In this document: piece by piece, positions 35,701-37,904 of the stretch
Layout: every line of letters starts with the position of its first letter
Numbering within the stretch: position 1 is the stretch's first letter
Assembly: GCA_000934665.2 (NCBI GenBank)
Contig: JYFJ02003767.1
Location: 1-37,904 of the forward strand
Direction of reading: 5' to 3'
From: Catajapyx aquilonaris
Lineage: Eukaryota
Length of the DNA stretch: 37,904 bases
Notes under the pieces: model-generated
Told to the model about the DNA's origin: nothing
The model's input: only the letters and a program-made list of their open reading frames with translations
Database searches by the model: none
Program-made: the position numbers and the translations under genes

Positions 35701-37744
35701 GCTACCGTACGCGGTGCATTGCCAGGGGTTGCCAAGTTGACATCCCCCTCATTTCCACACAACAATGGAACCGTATGAACTGGCTGGGACGTTGCCAGGC
35801 ATTGCCATACCGTCGTCGCTGCGTGCCTGGCAACGTCAGAGGGAGTTTATACGGTTCCATTGTTTGGTGAAAATGTGGGGGATGTCAACGTGGCAGCAAA
35901 CTGTGTACTGTAGCGATACGGTATTGTTTAAATTTTGCGGGCCGATGTGACGTCATGATTTGGTCCAAACTTTGGAGACCTCGTGAGCCCTAACCAGGCC
36001 TCGTAGAGCAATATGACCTTCACTTTCATATACTGGTTTTTCACAAGGAATCTCGCTACCTGAAGCTTGTCCGCCATTTACCGACCACCCTGTATAGAGG
36101 AATCTTTCCTAATGATATTATGTGAACTGAATACAGTAATCTAGACCTTTTAACATACACCACATTGCAGATACACAGCAAATTGTATGATGGTAATGCT
36201 GAAACTGTTGGAGACACATTCAGAGCAGAGTTGGATTTGGCAACAAACATCCGTTTCTTCCTATTTGTCTGGGATATTGATAATCCCTGTCTGTCTGCAG
36301 AATCCCTCACTAGTCCATCAGGCAAAAAATATCCAGAAGCCCCTCCTGACATCATCGTCAATGCATTACTCATCCCAGAAGTGTTGAATGAGGTAAATAG
36401 TAACAGATATGGATTGGCATAATATTTATCCTGCATGGCAGGTAGACTTTGTTAAGATGTTCATATTTAAGTAAAATAATGATCATTAAGTAGTTGTGCT
36501 AGTATGGGATGGCTGATATTTAGACACACGATATATATTTGAATCATCAGCATTCAATTATGGTAATAATGATGCATGGTTTTTTGCACTTTCTCAACCA
36601 ATGTCACATAATTTCTCATTACACTGCAGTATTTTATATGGTGTCCTTCCTTCTGAGGTTGCAGCACATTATTTGACCAATTTAGGATGGAGGAATTTAG
36701 CAAGGATTTTGCAAGGGTATAAAGGTTGAGAAACGCTGGATTATGCCATACTATACACTACTACATGTACTAGAAGATAGACCAGAGGAACAAGACTGTC
36801 ATTGTATCCATTTCCATTTGTTTGATTGGTCTCTCTCTCTTTTTGCATTTCAATTGCTAATGTGATGTCCTTGTCATCTGGAATCTGGAGTAAATGTATG
36901 GTATTGTGAGACTGAAGCTTAAAATGGCATAAAATATTAATAATTGCCTCCTTTGGAAACTACCAACATAATAGTCATAGTCATGTAACTTACCAGTATT
37001 TGTATGTTGCAATGGATTTGATGACAAATAGATTGTGGTGTGCAATATTGTGACACTTTAGGCCTATTCATAGTTGCAGTAACGTACTAATGCAGCAATG
37101 TATTTTTTTTCTCCTCTTAAAATGTTCAGACTGGTCCATGGAGATACAGCTTTCATCAGCTACAATGTGACCAGCAGCGCTACGTCAGAGTCATTGGAAG
37201 AGGAAACCAAAAAAAAACACCAAAAACCTCTATAAAGCTCACAACAAGTGCTCAAGGTGATAAAGCAGATGTGAGCGAAAGACCTCTGGCTGTTTATGTA
37301 CAGGTAACTCTCACTTACGTGTTTCTTTTGTTAATTTTTGCAGATGCATGTATTATAATTATGCTTCAATGGACACTTTCATTTATGTGTAGGTGACAAG
37401 TGGCAACTTGCCAGTGTTGAATGCTACAGTCAGTGTGTCAGGAACTCCTCCATCAAAGTCTCTGAAAGGCACTGTTTCACTTACTTTATTAGACAATGGA
37501 AATGGAGGTAAGAGGCATTTACTTATTTTACTATAATAATTCTTATTGTATGTGCTGTGTAAGTCAAAAGGACTGTTTAACAATATTTACTACTTTACAG
37601 ATCCAGATGTAACTGGGGGAGATGGCGTCTATTCTGGATACCTGCTGGCTACGTCTGAGTCTGGACCATACGCCTTGAGAGCAGTTGTCACAGCAAATTA
37701 TGACACTTATACCATATACACCATATCTGAAAGACTTCCTGCAT
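32763..37744 (+). CDS. CLCA: Calcium-activated chloride channel regulator (CLCA)-like secreted protein, 3'-incomplete (exons 32763-32936, 33119-33419, 33480-33621, 33694-33796, 33870-33985, 34074-34182, 34264-34503, 35191-35505, 36171-36392, 37130-37303, 37393-37507, 37601-37744)
   Basis: Signal peptide followed by GGYEGIVVAIS. Motifs RYFRHVKIIVP, PWTQQTGGCGKQGEYMYF, VKEWTKYRYGVFDE, CDDTNH..PTKHN.MC, a vWA-like region, LTSPSG, GPWRY, PVLNATV, LLDNGNGDPDVTGGDGVYSGY. All introns are GT-AG with consistent phases. Confidence 0.9.
35523..36092. mobile_element. 570-bp foldback MITE (Tc1/mariner-type ends) in CLCA intron 8
   Basis: TA|CAGGGTGGTCGG...CCGACCACCCTG|TA with a TA target-site duplication. 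Arms are complementary for about 279 bp around a loop of about 22 nt (35802-35823). Confidence 0.92.
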
Positions 37745-37904
37745 GTAAGCTATTCTGTCATATCAAGAGTTTGGAAGCTTCTCATTGCCCCAAGTTATTA
37801 ATTACTGGTGCATTTTGAGTTTCACTAGGCAGGGGCTGGCATTAATAAGATAAGGAAGAGGGTAGAAATTCACTTAAAAGGCTAATGCACCCTACCGATA
37901 CTAG

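Noticed and set aside
35538..35950. ORFs inside the foldback element
   Set aside because: No transposase motifs; incidental ORFs in a non-autonomous MITE.

Overview
This window is eukaryotic, not prokaryotic. It has short GT-AG introns, AATAAA signals and MITEs, and is probably from an invertebrate animal, likely an arthropod (inferred, not proven). In order it contains: (1) the 3' end of an unidentified + strand gene with two alternative C-termini and a long 3' UTR (about 1.8-6.0 kb); (2) a - strand tandem array of highly divergent AGO-clade Argonaute-like genes, made of three spliced copies (A 12493-15693, B 17635-21248, C 21980-26524), one deleted and frameshifted pseudogene (D, about 11040-11630) and an orphan 3'-UTR remnant; (3) a - strand nucleoredoxin/tryparedoxin-like thioredoxin-fold gene with an SxxC site, preceded by a C2H2 zinc-finger exon; (4) a + strand CLCA-like gene lacking the HExxH histidines, running off the window, with a 570-bp foldback MITE in an intron. 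The Argonaute array is the standout. A, B and C all lack a recognisable N domain, which is replaced by an acidic repeat tail of variable copy number. All three have lost the DEDH slicer tetrad and have a rewired MID 5'-phosphate pocket. Copy B has also lost most of PAZ through an in-frame deletion, leaving essentially a MID-PIWI protein. Reading frames stay open across all inferred exons; the one exception is a damaged splice donor in copy C. Gene models were spliced by hand, and residue equivalences come from recalled human AGO2 motifs, so alignments and RNA-seq are needed to confirm them.
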